A stretch of DNA of 64,000 nucleotides from Candidatus Bathyarchaeota archaeon (lineage in GTDB: Archaea; Thermoproteota; Bathyarchaeia; Bathyarchaeales; Bathycorpusculaceae), in NCBI GenBank assembly GCA_963775895.1, contig CAVZKL010000019.1, positions 9,909 to 73,908 on the forward strand, given 5' to 3'. Position numbers and translations under genes: made by a program. A model generated the notes under the pieces. The model was not told the DNA's origin, did no database searches, and saw nothing but the letters and a program-made list of their open reading frames with translations. Of the stretch, positions 33,578-44,462 are shown in pieces. Numbering within the stretch: position 1 is the first letter of the stretch; each line of letters opens with the position of its first letter.

Positions 33578-34250
33578 CCTCTTTTACAACATCCAAGGCA
33601 TTCCCTATTATAAATATCTCGGGTCCTGTAGTCAACAATCCTGCAATGGCTGCGTGACTGTTAGCGATCAAGCCTGTTCCCACGTAGGGTATGCCGCAGT
33701 TGATCGTGCCGACATCAACGGGAACCTTCAGTACGTTCTCGAGAACCTGGCGCTCCGAATCCTTCAGCAAAGGATGAGCCAGGACTCCTTTGTTCGTCGC
33801 CACGCCCAGTGAACCAACGTAAGGTAGGTCGGCGATTTCTCCTCGCACCGCTTCAACACACAGTGTTTCAGAGATTTTCTGAACGTCAGGCGTTTTCAAA
33901 CGCGGATCCACGATAGCTCCATGATCATTTGCAAGAACGAGGTTTCCATATGCTGTTTTTCTGGTGTCCATCACGGTTATGTTTCCTTCGAAACATCGGT
34001 GGATAGCTTCAACTTCTTCTTCCCTGGCGAAGCTCGGGAGCAGGATTCCGTTCGAGTTTGCACAGGCGAGTGCCCCGACGAGAACCGATCCGCCGATTGA
34101 TGTGTGGACGAGTTTGACTTTCAGCCATTCGCTCAGCCTCTCAGCTTTCTTGAGCGGCACCGAGCCTGGAACGATGAAAATTCGGTCCGTGACTAATGAA
34201 TAGACACCTATGCTTGCGCTTCCAACGATGCCCGACAGGTAAATGGCCAA
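33543..34250 (-). CDS. eif6: Translation initiation factor 6
   Basis: GNLVLANDHGAIV, VGSLGVATNKGVLAHP, GTINCG, TTGPE. Confidence 0.95.
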   Translation of the reverse strand: MAIYLSGIVGSASIGVYSLVTDRIFIVPGSVPLKKAERLSEWLKVKLVHTSIGGSVLVGALACANSNGILLPSFAREEEVEAIHRCFEGNITVMDTRKTAYGNLVLANDHGAIVDPRLKTPDVQKISETLCVEAVRGEIADLPYVGSLGVATNKGVLAHPLLKDSERQVLENVLKVPVDVGTINCGIPYVGTGLIANSHAAIAGLLTTGPEIFIIGNALDVVKEDDRVESLQSHW

Positions 34251-34253
34251 GGA

Positions 34254-34761
34254 TCAATCTCCTTCGGCCAAGTAAACAGTCACGTTACCTTCCTTGTCTT
34301 TTGCTGCGCGAACCCGGATTTTTCTCGGAGGCTTTTCGATGCCTCTTGTCCACATTCTCTCGTTTACCTCATTGCTGATGACGAGTTTGCCAGGTTCTTC
34401 TTCCTCTCCGGTTTCTGTTTCTTTTTTCGCTCCGAGCTTCATGTGTTTGATTATGAAAGCCCTGAGTATGCGAACCGCCCTTGGCGTTCTCTTGTTGGGC
34501 GGCATAATCCAAGCCTTGCTAAGAGGAACAGTGTAGGTCCGCTCTTCAACGATTTCTTCTTCCTCTTTCTCCTCTTTCGGAGGTTTGACTTCTTCTTTTT
34601 CCTCGACCGCGGGCAGTTCTTCCTCTTTCTCTTTTTCCTTCTTCTTCTGGAGTCTCTTCTAGGGCTTCTTCAAGTTCTTCGTCACCAAGTTCTTCCTCTT
34701 CCGTAGCCTCTACTGGTTTTTCTTCTTTCTCTTCAGTCTTGGTTGTCTGTTCTTTTTCCAT
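34254..34761 (-). CDS. rpl31e: 50S ribosomal protein L31e with long acidic N-terminal extension; one frameshift near 34637
   Basis: EERTYTVPL, KRTPRAV, NEVNERMWTRGIEKPPRKIRV. Confidence 0.92.
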
Positions 34762-34773
34762 CAGCTTCTTCTC

Positions 34774-34929
34774 CTATGCTTTCAGTTTTCTTGTTCGCCA
34801 TTGTCTCTGTTTGGGATGTGACCTGAATTTTCCGCTTGATCTGGCTATGACCCATGTGGGAACCGGTTTCTTCTGTTTTCCTGCTTTCGCCAGTCTTCTT
34901 TTTTTGGCTGTCGGCTTGTTTCGAGTCAT
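34774..34929 (-). CDS. rpl39e: 50S ribosomal protein L39e (missing from ORF track)
   Basis: [51 protein letters not shown], in its conserved position. Confidence 0.95.
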   Translation of the reverse strand: MTRNKPTAKKRRLAKAGKQKKPVPTWVIARSSGKFRSHPKQRQWRTRKLKA

Positions 34930-34932
34930 TTT

Positions 34933-35271
34933 CTATCTCCTCGTTATTTTTGTTTCACGCTTGCGCGATTGGAGTTGGATCAGTATTTTCTTAAGCTGTT
35001 CATCACTCATTGGGATTGGCACTCGTCCTTGTTGCGCCAACTGGATGAGTTGAAGTTCAAGTTGAGACGTGAATTCTGGTTTGATCATTTTGAGGTTTGC
35101 CAGCCTCTGCCTCGCGTCTGGCGAAAGTATGCTTCTCAGCAACGCCTGCTTTTCCTGTTCCATCTGCTCTTCTGCTTGGACGTCCTTCTGCTCTTCAGAA
35201 GCTCGTCTCTGCATAGCTGAAAGTCTTCGTTTCCGAAGTTCTTCCAGCTCCTCGTCGGGCATGCTACTCAC
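34933..35271 (-). CDS. PDCD5-like DNA-binding protein
   Basis: DEELEELRKRRL, ILSPDARQRLANL..IKPE. Confidence 0.93.
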   Translation of the reverse strand: MSSMPDEELEELRKRRLSAMQRRASEEQKDVQAEEQMEQEKQALLRSILSPDARQRLANLKMIKPEFTSQLELQLIQLAQQGRVPIPMSDEQLKKILIQLQSRKRETKITRR

Positions 35272-35731
35272 CTTTTTGGTACTTCTGTAGTTCTGGGAGC
35301 TCCTTCACCATTTCCGTTCCGACTTCTTCGGCCACTTCTTTGAGAAGTTTTCTTCCAGCTGGCGTCATTCGTCTCCCGCGGGCCTTGACCATTTCAATGT
35401 AACCGGCGGTTTCCAGCTGCTGTATGGCTTTTCTTATGACTGAACCGCCTGATTTTGATGCGTGATGAGGCTTCACACCCGTGCTTTTTCTTCCACCATA
35501 ATCCGCCCTCAGTTTCTCCAACCCTATCGGGCCATGAACGTATATTTTACGCAGAATAGAAGCGCACCTGACGTACCACCAGTTCGGGTTCTGGGGCTGC
35601 GATTGAACGTGACTGCCCGTTTTCACGATGCTAGTCCATACGGGCGGTGTGACGGCGTCCACGTTTTCCTTCAAGTATTTCGCTAGTCTATCGATGAACA
35701 TAGATACTGAGACGTCATTGGGGGTTACCAA
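35264..35731 (-). CDS. rps19e: 30S ribosomal protein S19e
   Basis: VKTG, WWYVRCASILRKIY, YGGRK, QQLE.AG. Confidence 0.96.
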   Translation of the reverse strand: MVTPNDVSVSMFIDRLAKYLKENVDAVTPPVWTSIVKTGSHVQSQPQNPNWWYVRCASILRKIYVHGPIGLEKLRADYGGRKSTGVKPHHASKSGGSVIRKAIQQLETAGYIEMVKARGRRMTPAGRKLLKEVAEEVGTEMVKELPELQKYQKGE

Positions 35732-36009
35732 TATTCATTATCCCTTTGAGTTTTCGTTCAGTAGAATCATGAAGCTAAATATAAAGATTCTTTGGCTGCA
35801 AACTTGCACTGCTCGTGAGACCTTCGAGACCTCTTTCTCTGTCTCAAATTTCGATTTTGAAATGGTCGATGTGATCGGCAAACGGGTAGAACATCGAACG
35901 TCGAAGGTCAAGAAAAAGACTGGTTCAGCACGGTCAGATTGTTGTAAACGGAGTTGTCTTATCAGAAAACATATTTTGTAATGTCGCATATAGAATTCGG
36001 GAGACGACA

Positions 36010-36780
36010 ATGAAGAAACGCATACAGCCTCACATAATGTGCGGTGTTGGAGATGTCGCAAAATACGTCTTGATTCCTGGAGATCCGAAGAGAGTTGAAA
36101 AGATTGCTGTCTTCTTCGATGAAAGCTCGATAGTCGCAGACAATCGCGAGTTCGTGACGTGCACCGGCAGCGTCGGCGGTATACGTATATCCGCTTGTTC
36201 AACTGGAATAGGCTGCCCCTCAGCGGCAATAGCCGTTGAAGAACTCGCAAACATAGGAGCTCAGACCTTCATCCGAGTCGGAACTGCAGGTGCTCTTCAA
36301 TCCCGCATTAAGACGGGTGACATCGTGGTCGCGAGCGCCGCGGTGCGGGCAGATGGAACCTCAAGAAACTATGTTCCAGTCGAATATCCTGCCATAGCAG
36401 ATTTTGACGTCACTCAGGCCCTGCTCCAGGCCGCAGAAGGAACGAAAAGAAAGGTTCATTTCGGACCAGTCGTAAGCTCAGATTCTTTTTATGGTGATCT
36501 GGACAATCTGAGACGCTGGAGCAGTCTGAACGTGTTGGCTGTTGAAATGGAATGCTCCGTTGTATTCACTCTTGCGATGCTCAGAAGACTGACGGCCGGA
36601 GCGATATTGGCAGTTGATGGTAACCCGTTGATGGGGGTGGGAAAAGGCGAATTCGAGCCTGGTGAAAAAAGCGGAGAAATGGATGAACGAGTTCAAGATT
36701 CGATCAAAGCTGAGATACAGATCGCCATTGAGGCAATCAAGTTGTTAGAAAACAAATCAAAATCCAAGCTGCGCAAGTAG
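36010..36780 (+). CDS. Nucleoside (uridine-type) phosphorylase
   Basis: PGDPKRV, STGIGCPS, RVGTAG, AVEME. Confidence 0.92.
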   Translation: MKKRIQPHIMCGVGDVAKYVLIPGDPKRVEKIAVFFDESSIVADNREFVTCTGSVGGIRISACSTGIGCPSAAIAVEELANIGAQTFIRVGTAGALQSRIKTGDIVVASAAVRADGTSRNYVPVEYPAIADFDVTQALLQAAEGTKRKVHFGPVVSSDSFYGDLDNLRRWSSLNVLAVEMECSVVFTLAMLRRLTAGAILAVDGNPLMGVGKGEFEPGEKSGEMDERVQDSIKAEIQIAIEAIKLLENKSKSKLRK

Positions 36781-36831
36781 CACGCTTCAATGATCTCCTT
36801 AAGTGCCAAAAGAATCCTGAATTCGACAGTG

Positions 36832-37758
36832 TTATTCTTTTTCGTAGGGTTTGTAGTCGCTGGGTGGAATCCTCTTTCTGACAAAGCCTGCCAGCACTAT
36901 TACGGTGAGTATGTAAGGGATTGCCAAGATGATCTGGGGTGGAAGAAGTCCCGCGCCCTGGAGTCGCATCTGAAGAGCGTCTGCAAAGCCGAACAGCAGG
37001 CCAGCTCCCAATGCTCCCACGGGCATCCATCCGCCAAGGATCATTGCGGCGAGGGCGATGAAACCCCTGCCTCCCGTCATTCCTGAAACGAAGAAATTCA
37101 ATTGCCCCAACGACAGAAATGCGCCTCCGAGAGCAGTCAACATGCCGCTTATCATGAGGCATAAATACTTTGTACGGTAAACATTTATCCCGGCAGTGTC
37201 TGCTGCCGCTGGATGTTCACCAACGGCCCGGATTCTTAGCCCCGTCGGAGTTTTGAACAGAAAGACGTACGTGAGCACCACTAAAATCAACATAATGTAT
37301 ACCAGCGGAGTTTGTGACCCAAGAATGTCGCCTAGGATTGGCACGTCTTTCAAAAGCGGAATCGATATCGTGCCTAGCCCGTTTACGCTTTGCGATGCGC
37401 CTCTTGATCCCCAGATTACTTGGGACAGATAAGGCGTGATGCCCAGAGCGAGTATGTTAATGCCTGTGCCACTGACGATCTGGTTTCCGGCAAATTTAAC
37501 AGTCAAAACTGCGAGAAGAAGACCTAGCAGACCGCCAACAAGCACGGCCGCAAACACTCCGATCCAGGGATTGCCACTGTAGAAAGTGGCCAGCACGCCC
37601 GTGAAGGCTCCGGTCAACATCATTCCTTCCAAGGCTATGTTAATAACGCCAACCCTTTCGGAGAAAATTCCACCTAACGCGGCAAAGACCAGGGGAGTAG
37701 CCATCCTCAAAGCCGCTGCAAAAAGTCCGACATTGATAATGTCAATTATAGTCACCAT
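36832..37758 (-). CDS. Nucleoside ABC transporter permease
   Basis: SERVGVINIALEG, GLRIRAVGEHP.AA, GRGFIALAA. Confidence 0.92.
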   Translation of the reverse strand: MVTIIDIINVGLFAAALRMATPLVFAALGGIFSERVGVINIALEGMMLTGAFTGVLATFYSGNPWIGVFAAVLVGGLLGLLLAVLTVKFAGNQIVSGTGINILALGITPYLSQVIWGSRGASQSVNGLGTISIPLLKDVPILGDILGSQTPLVYIMLILVVLTYVFLFKTPTGLRIRAVGEHPAAADTAGINVYRTKYLCLMISGMLTALGGAFLSLGQLNFFVSGMTGGRGFIALAAMILGGWMPVGALGAGLLFGFADALQMRLQGAGLLPPQIILAIPYILTVIVLAGFVRKRIPPSDYKPYEKE

Positions 37759-38954
37759 TAGGAGCCACCTCTCCGTAAAATCCGCTTGACCTTCTGTGGA
37801 ACTGCTCGAATTCTTGTCACAAGAGGCTTGATCAATCGCGGAGTTGCCAAGCCTTTGCTCGAGAGATAGCTGATTAATCGGGGAGCTGCTACAAAAAGCA
37901 CGACCAGTCCTTGAAGAACTGACACGATGTCGATAGGAACGCCGGTGATTGTGTTCATCGTCATGCCGCCAGCTCTTAGAGCCCCAAACAAGATTGCTGC
38001 AAAGACCGCGCCTATCGGGTTCAGTCCGCCGATCAAGGCCACGGCCAGCCCGTCGAAGCCGTAGCCTGGGGAGAAGCCGTCTATGAAGCGCCGGTGAACG
38101 CCAAGTATTTCTCCTGCTCCGCCCAGTCCTGCTAAGGTTCCACTGATGACGAAGGCCAGGACCATCGTTTTTTTCACGTTGATGCCATTACTTTCAGCGG
38201 CTGGCGTGTTTAACCCGATGGCTCTCACTTCGTAGCCCAGAACCGTCCTGTTGAGCATGAGCGCCACGATCGCGGTCATCGCTATCGCGATGAAAATGGA
38301 AGCTGACAGCTGTGTCGGCGCAAGGATGCGTGGCAGTTCGGCTGAAGGCGCTACAAAAACGGTTTGGGCTACCCAACCTGGTGGTGCTTTAAATGGATAG
38401 TTCACCATGTAACTGGTGATGTATAACGCTACGTAGCTTAACATCATGCTTGTGATGACTTCGTGCGCGCCAAGCCTTGCCTTCAGAATACCTGGGATGA
38501 AACCCCAAAGTGCTCCTCCAGCCGCGCCGGCCAATAGGGCCAGTGGCAGATGAACGTACGTTGGCAGGTCGCTGAAGTATATTCCGACCAGCGCAGCGGT
38601 GAACCCACCGATTAGCAGCTGCCCTTCCGCGCCAATGTTGAAGAGCCCGCATTTGAAAGCGAAAAGAAACGCCAAAGCCGTAAAGATTAATGGTGTTGCC
38701 TTCGTAAGAGTTTGCCCAATGCCGTAGACATCACCAAATGCTCCTGTCAATACAGCCATGTACGCGTTGATTGGCGAGTATCCCGTTGCCCAGAGCACGA
38801 TTGCTCCAACCAGGAAAGCGAGAAGGATGGCAATTATCTGGGGGACAGCATTGCGGAGTCGCCTACTGACGGCAGTTACCCAATTAAGCCCCATTTTGCC
38901 TAACCGCAGCCTGATCTTCTTGCTCTGTTTGGCTGGTTCAGTCATTTTTGCCAC
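37758..38954 (-). CDS. Nucleoside ABC transporter permease
   Basis: GLFNIGAEGQ, HEVITSMML, GYGFDGLAVA. Confidence 0.92.
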   Translation of the reverse strand: MAKMTEPAKQSKKIRLRLGKMGLNWVTAVSRRLRNAVPQIIAILLAFLVGAIVLWATGYSPINAYMAVLTGAFGDVYGIGQTLTKATPLIFTALAFLFAFKCGLFNIGAEGQLLIGGFTAALVGIYFSDLPTYVHLPLALLAGAAGGALWGFIPGILKARLGAHEVITSMMLSYVALYITSYMVNYPFKAPPGWVAQTVFVAPSAELPRILAPTQLSASIFIAIAMTAIVALMLNRTVLGYEVRAIGLNTPAAESNGINVKKTMVLAFVISGTLAGLGGAGEILGVHRRFIDGFSPGYGFDGLAVALIGGLNPIGAVFAAILFGALRAGGMTMNTITGVPIDIVSVLQGLVVLFVAAPRLISYLSSKGLATPRLIKPLVTRIRAVPQKVKRILRRGGS

Positions 38955-40455
38955 CAGTCATGAGAAGGCCGAGTTCGAATTCGTTCGTCTTGCTGCATTC
39001 TCTAACCGCCACGATTTGGCCTTCGTACAACACTGCGATTCTGTCACTCAAGGCGAGAACTTCTTCAAGATCTGCCGATATGAGTAGAATGGCGCATCCT
39101 TGGTCTCTCATCTCTACAAGCTTTTTGCGAACGTATTCGGTTGCCCCAACATCCAGTCCACGCGTTGGTTGAGAGGCGATGACGAATTTTGGTTTTCTGC
39201 TGAACTCTCTTGCCAGGACGATTCTTTGCTGAGTGCCCCCCGACAAATGTCTCACAAGGGTGTTCCTGCTCGGTGTTTTTATCGAATACTCTTGGATTAG
39301 ACCGTCTGAAAAGCTTGAAGCCTTTTCAAGGTTCAATGTAGCCCATCGCGTTGCAAAGGGAGGTTTGTCTTGTTGTCCGAGTATTAGATTCTCTGAGACC
39401 GAGAAATCGAGGACCAGACCTCTCTTCTGCCTGTCTTCCGGCACATCGGAGACTCCCATGCCTATGCGTTCATGAGGCGAGGCATTCGTTATACACGTTC
39501 CCTCAAGACATACTTTTCCTGACGTGGCTTCTCTCAATCCGGTCAGGACTTCAACGAGCTCCGTCTGCCCGTTCCCTTCTACGCCAGCTATCCCGAGAAT
39601 CTCAGATTCGTGCACTTCAAAAGATAACTCCTTCAGGGCCAGCAGCTTCCTATCGTTGAATGCTTTTAAGTTCTCAACTTGCAGGACAGTTTTTCCTGGC
39701 GCTGCCTGTTCCTTGTCAATGGTGTAAAGAATCTCCCGACCCACCATCATGGCGGCAAGTTCTCTCTGGTCAGTCTCACTTGCCTCCACGGTTCCTGCGA
39801 CTTTTCCTCTTTTTAGAACCGTGATTCTGTCGCATATTGCGCAGACCTCTTTCAGCTTGTGGGTTATGAAGATGACGGCTTTTCCCTGCTGTTTGAGAGC
39901 CCTCATCGCTTCGAACAAGCTCTCAACTTCTTGCGGTGTAAGAACGGATGTGGGTTCGTCTAATATGAGGATTTCAGCTCCTCGATAAAGAGCCTTTATA
40001 ATTTCAACTCTCTGCTGGGTACCAACCGGAAGATTGTAGACTAAGGCTTTAGGATCCACTTCCAACCCGTAGCTTTTTGAAATAGCTTTGATACTGGTGA
40101 CTATTTTGTTCATGTCCAGAAGGATTCTGCGTCTAGCAGGTTCTCTGCCTAAAACTATGTTTTCTGCAACTGTGAGGCTTGGAACCAGCATGAACTGTTG
40201 ATGGACCATTCCTATGCCGAGTTTTATCGCCGTTGCAGGGTTATCGATCTTTACCTGTTCTTCGTTTATGAAAATCTGTCCTTCGTCTGGCTTGTACAGT
40301 CCGTAGAGAATGCTCATGAGCACGGTTTTCCCGGCCCCGTTTTCTCCGAGTAAGCCGTGTACCTCTCCTTTTCTCACGTCAAAATTTACTTTGTCGTTTG
40401 CTGTTGTGCCAGGGAAATTCTTGGTGATGTTCACCATCCTGACGGCTGTGCTCAT
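38938..40455 (-). CDS. Nucleoside/sugar ABC transporter ATP-binding protein (two NBDs)
   Basis: GENGAGKT, MVHQ, LILDEPT, LSGGTQQ, PTRGLDVG. Confidence 0.93.
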   Translation of the reverse strand: MSTAVRMVNITKNFPGTTANDKVNFDVRKGEVHGLLGENGAGKTVLMSILYGLYKPDEGQIFINEEQVKIDNPATAIKLGIGMVHQQFMLVPSLTVAENIVLGREPARRRILLDMNKIVTSIKAISKSYGLEVDPKALVYNLPVGTQQRVEIIKALYRGAEILILDEPTSVLTPQEVESLFEAMRALKQQGKAVIFITHKLKEVCAICDRITVLKRGKVAGTVEASETDQRELAAMMVGREILYTIDKEQAAPGKTVLQVENLKAFNDRKLLALKELSFEVHESEILGIAGVEGNGQTELVEVLTGLREATSGKVCLEGTCITNASPHERIGMGVSDVPEDRQKRGLVLDFSVSENLILGQQDKPPFATRWATLNLEKASSFSDGLIQEYSIKTPSRNTLVRHLSGGTQQRIVLAREFSRKPKFVIASQPTRGLDVGATEYVRKKLVEMRDQGCAILLISADLEEVLALSDRIAVLYEGQIVAVRECSKTNEFELGLLMTGGKND

Positions 40456-40493
40456 AGATAAAAAGGAGGAGAGGAACTGAGTTAAGCCTTTTG

Positions 40494-41687
40494 CTATGAG
40501 AATGCTGATGGAACCGTGATGTTTCCTGAGATTATTCTGTCCCGTGCGTCCGTCAGTTTCGTCAGTACATTTGCTGGCAGTGGTGTTTCGGTGAAATTGA
40601 ATGTACTTTCCCACAATGGTTGCTCTTCAGGCAGTCTGCTGCATCCTGTCCATCCTTCTGCTACTCCCTTGTCGTAGACTCCGCCTTTGAAGCCCCCAGT
40701 CTTAAGGTTGGGGAAGAGTTTGGATATCACTGCTGCTTCTACCATTTCGAAAACTGCTTCGTCGACTCTCTTGGTCGCGCTGGCCACAATACTCTGTGGA
40801 TTCGTGTACAGATAGTCTTGGCAAGAATCCACGCCGAACCCGATTTTTCCCTGCTCGTTTATTGCTTGCAAAGCACCAAGTCCGCTCTTACCAGCAGCTG
40901 CGAAAATCGCGTCAGCCCCTTGCCCAATCAACGCCAAGGCCTCTTCGTGAGCTGTGTTAGGATCTGACCAACCGCCAACGAACGACGGAGAAACCACAGT
41001 TGCGCTGGAATTTGCCCACATCACTCCTGCTTGATATCCGTCAAAGAAGTCTCTGATCAAGGGTATGTCCATGCCTCCGATGAAACCGACCTTTCCCGTT
41101 GAAGTCATCATTCCGCTCAGCACGCCTACTAAGAACGATCCTTCGTTTGCTTTGAAGAGAAGGGAGGCAACGTTCGGCTGATCGACTTCCATGTCAACTA
41201 TGGCGAAGTTCTGGTTCGGATATGCTATTGCTGTCTTGTTAAGAGCATCCGCCTGATCGAAGCCGATGCAGACTATCAGGGCGTATTTGCCGGTTTTTGC
41301 ATAGTTCACCTGATCACCTTCATAGTCCGCTATGGCTGCCGGTGACGCGTAGTCAAAGGTGATGTTGAGTTCAGTTTGGGCACGCTTTAGGCCTGCGAAG
41401 GCGATGTCATTAAAGGATTTGTCGCCAAGGCCCCCTGTTGCTAGAACAAGGGCGATTTTGATATTCTGCAAAGCTGCGAGTTGTGCAAGAGCTGCGGTGA
41501 GATTGCCATTGACGTTGTTGTAGTTCGTCTGCAGGGTGTTGAAATCGTGTTTTGCAAGTTGTCAAAATCAGTTTTGCTGACGTAGTCTGGTCCGGGTGTT
41601 CCTGCGGGTTTTACGACCCATACGATTCCTGCTCCAATCACTAAACCGATCAGTATTGCTACGATCGCAATTGCGTATGCTTTTCAT
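40494..41687 (-). CDS. BMP-family nucleoside-binding protein with N-terminal TM and coiled-coil stalk; frameshifts near 41682 and ~41540
   Basis: MKAYAIAIVAILIGLVIGAG anchor; GGLGDKSFND, EGSFLVG, GFIGG, GVDSCQ, SATKRVD. Confidence 0.88.
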
Positions 41688-41815
41688 TTTTACTCCTCAC
41701 ACTAATGTTGGTTGATTGCGTTTTAAGACTTTTGTCTACGCAACGCCTATTTGGAAAGTGGTCAAAAATACGCCTGAAAGAATGGAAAGAGTGCCTTTGT
41801 CTCATTGCCTAGAGC

Positions 41816-42088
41816 TCAAACGTCGCCAGAATCCTTGATCTTGAGATCTTCGTAGGGAGCTGCAACTCTTCTGTAGAATTCGAGTTTGATGCATTCTAGG
41901 ACGCCTATTGCCTTGTTGATGTGATAGTACCGGAGGGGATAAATCGATTTGAGAATTTTCGTCATAACGTAATTCAACTCTCCATCCACTTCCTCTGGGG
42001 GCAAAGCCTTCAGGGTGTCTACGAGTTCCTGCAGGGTTTTCTCGTATTTTTTTCTGTTCTCAGGTTTTATGTAGGGCAAGGCTATCAC
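41816..42088 (-). CDS. Conserved hypothetical protein (DUF6899-like)
   Basis: [31 protein letters not shown]...GDV pattern. Confidence 0.7.
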   Translation of the reverse strand: MIALPYIKPENRKKYEKTLQELVDTLKALPPEEVDGELNYVMTKILKSIYPLRYYHINKAIGVLECIKLEFYRRVAAPYEDLKIKDSGDV

Positions 42089-42183
42089 TTCTCTGTTTTA
42101 TCTAAACCAATAGGACCTTTATTAACCGTTGTTGCAGCGGCATTTGTTTGCGTTTCTAAAAGTGTATAAACAGATGATCATTA

Positions 42184-43590
42184 TTGTTAGGCAGGAGTTC
42201 AGACATGTTAGCAAGCTCAAGACGATTGTTTGGTACAAACGGCATCAGAGGAATAGTCAACAAGGAGCTAACGCCTCAGATCGCCACGCAAGTTGGAGTT
42301 GCTGTTGGAACTTTCTTTGGACACGGAAATCTTGTGGTAGGTTATGACGTCAGGACCAGTAGCCCCTTGCTGGCTCAAGCTGTGATTTCAGGCTTAAATT
42401 CAACAGGCTGCAACGTGCTGCTGGCTGGAATGGTTCCCACCCCCGCGCTACAGTTCTCTGTGAGGAGTCACAAAGCCGACGGTGGCGTCATGATAACGGC
42501 GTCCCACAACCCTGCTGAATACAACGGTATCAAAGTGATCTGGAATGACGGAATTGAACTGGCGCGAGAACAAGAGATCAAAATCGAGGACGCATACTTC
42601 AACAACAAGATTGATTTTGCTGAATGGAATGAGCTTGGGAAAACACGGAACCTGAAAGGAATAGTGTGCGAGTACATCGCTGGAGTGAAGAAGCACGTGA
42701 ACGCGTCGGCGATAATGAAGAAACGTTACCACGTTGCGGTCGATGCAGCAAACAGCGTTGGCGGTCTGACGGGGCCGCGGCTGCTGCGCGAATTAGGCTG
42801 CAAGGTGACTGGAATCAACACCAAAATGGACGGCACATTTCCAGGAAGGCTTCCTGAACCAAGTCCGGGGAACCTCGGCAAGCTTGCTTCAACCGTGAAA
42901 AGAGTGAGAGCAGATCTTGGCGTGGGTTTCGACTCGGATGCTGATCGAGCGGTCTTTGTCGATGAGAAGGGCAGAGTCATTACGGGGGACGAGAGTTTCG
43001 CTTTGACTGAAAAATACTTTTTGATGGACAATCCAGGCGAAAAAGTCGTCACATCGATCAGCTCATCAACCATGATAAAAGACGTTGCCGACGAATATCA
43101 TGGAGAGGTCGTGTGGACCAAGATCGGAAGTGTGACTGTTTCACAAACCATGAAGAAAGTCAAAGCCAAACTCGGCGGGGAAGACTACGGTGGAATCTTC
43201 TACGGACCCCACCAACCTGTCAGAGATGGTGCCATGGCAGTCGCACTGATTCTTGACATAATGGCGAGAACAGGGGAGAAACTCTCCTCGTTGCTCGGCA
43301 AACTTCCTAAATACTTCATTGGAAAGGGAAGGATAGAATGCGCCGAACAACTCAAACAACGCGTGTTGAAAGAACTCGTTCAACAGGCAGAAGGATTGAA
43401 TATCAACACTCTTGACGGCATCAAAATTTTCTTCGAGGACAAGAGCACCATACTGGTAAGGCCCAGCGGAACCGAGCCCGTGTATCGGATTTACGCAGAA
43501 GCGAAAACCGGCAAGAGGGTCGCGCAAATCGTTGAAGAATACAGTGAGAAAGTCAAGAGAATAATCGAAAAGCTCGCCGCTGAACGATGA
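42184..43590 (+). CDS. Alpha-D-phosphohexomutase family (GlmM/PMM/phosphopentomutase-like)
   Basis: FGTNGIRG, ITASHNP, FDSDADR, VRPSGTEP. Confidence 0.92.
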   Translation: MLGRSSDMLASSRRLFGTNGIRGIVNKELTPQIATQVGVAVGTFFGHGNLVVGYDVRTSSPLLAQAVISGLNSTGCNVLLAGMVPTPALQFSVRSHKADGGVMITASHNPAEYNGIKVIWNDGIELAREQEIKIEDAYFNNKIDFAEWNELGKTRNLKGIVCEYIAGVKKHVNASAIMKKRYHVAVDAANSVGGLTGPRLLRELGCKVTGINTKMDGTFPGRLPEPSPGNLGKLASTVKRVRADLGVGFDSDADRAVFVDEKGRVITGDESFALTEKYFLMDNPGEKVVTSISSSTMIKDVADEYHGEVVWTKIGSVTVSQTMKKVKAKLGGEDYGGIFYGPHQPVRDGAMAVALILDIMARTGEKLSSLLGKLPKYFIGKGRIECAEQLKQRVLKELVQQAEGLNINTLDGIKIFFEDKSTILVRPSGTEPVYRIYAEAKTGKRVAQIVEEYSEKVKRIIEKLAAER

Positions 43591-43808
43591 TTGTGTTTCA
43601 AGAAACTGCGGCCTAGAGCGTTTATCCTGTTTTCTTCAGATTCTCTTCGCGCGCGCTTCGCATCGCATAATACTCGCTTACGGCCAAAGTCTCGTTGCTC
43701 ACTCTAACACGTTGAGAATAAAGCGCACGCCATCTCTCGTGACGTCTTGGCAAATTGCGCTGAAGAACAGGTTGCAATTCTCATAGTTGGCCACCAAGCG
43801 CGCGCGTT

Positions 43809-44462
43809 CTATCCAAGGTTTTCTAACTTTTCGTTCAGTTCCAGAAGATTGTGAATTACAGATTTCTCCTTGCGTTGTCCTCTCCTATCTAGAAAGTAAG
43901 CGTGTATGCCCAGGCTCTCTGGAACTTCAAAATCAAAGAAGCGATCATCGCCCACATGAACCATTTCCTCTGGAGTGATGCCGCAAATACCGCAGACTTT
44001 TTCGTAAAGACTGATCGATTTCTTGACAAGCCCGAAATCAGACGTTGAAGAGAAAACACGTTCGAAATAGTGCGAAATACTCGTTCTCTCCAGCTCCAGA
44101 TCCGCAAATTCTCTTCGGGCATTCGTGATTACGATAAGCCTAAATCCTCTATCTCTTGTCTCCTTCAAGATTCTGGGCACTTCAGGGAACACTCTAATCT
44201 TGTTTCTATATTGGTTCAGAATTTCCGCCGGAGATATGTCCAAGTCAAACTTCATTATCCAGTGACGCAGATCATACCACTCGACCTTCTCCCTGCCAAC
44301 TTTGTCGTATTCTCTTTTTACATACTTCTTGGCGTCCTCGAATGAAATATCTCTCTTGAGAGCGTACGATCGGGGTATTCCTTCCAACCAGACAGAGTCC
44401 ACGAATGAGGTCTCGGTAATGGTTCCATCCAGATCAAACGACACTATTCTTATGTTGCCCAA
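43809..44462 (-). CDS. HAD-family hydrolase
   Basis: FDLDGT, ITN, HVGDD. Confidence 0.9.
   Translation of the reverse strand: MGNIRIVSFDLDGTITETSFVDSVWLEGIPRSYALKRDISFEDAKKYVKREYDKVGREKVEWYDLRHWIMKFDLDISPAEILNQYRNKIRVFPEVPRILKETRDRGFRLIVITNARREFADLELERTSISHYFERVFSSTSDFGLVKKSISLYEKVCGICGITPEEMVHVGDDRFFDFEVPESLGIHAYFLDRRGQRKEKSVIHNLLELNEKLENLG

Noticed and set aside
35738-36009. Possible yhbY remnant upstream of rps19e
   Set aside because: The similarity of the minus-strand translation to YhbY is too weak; the region is explained as divergent promoters.
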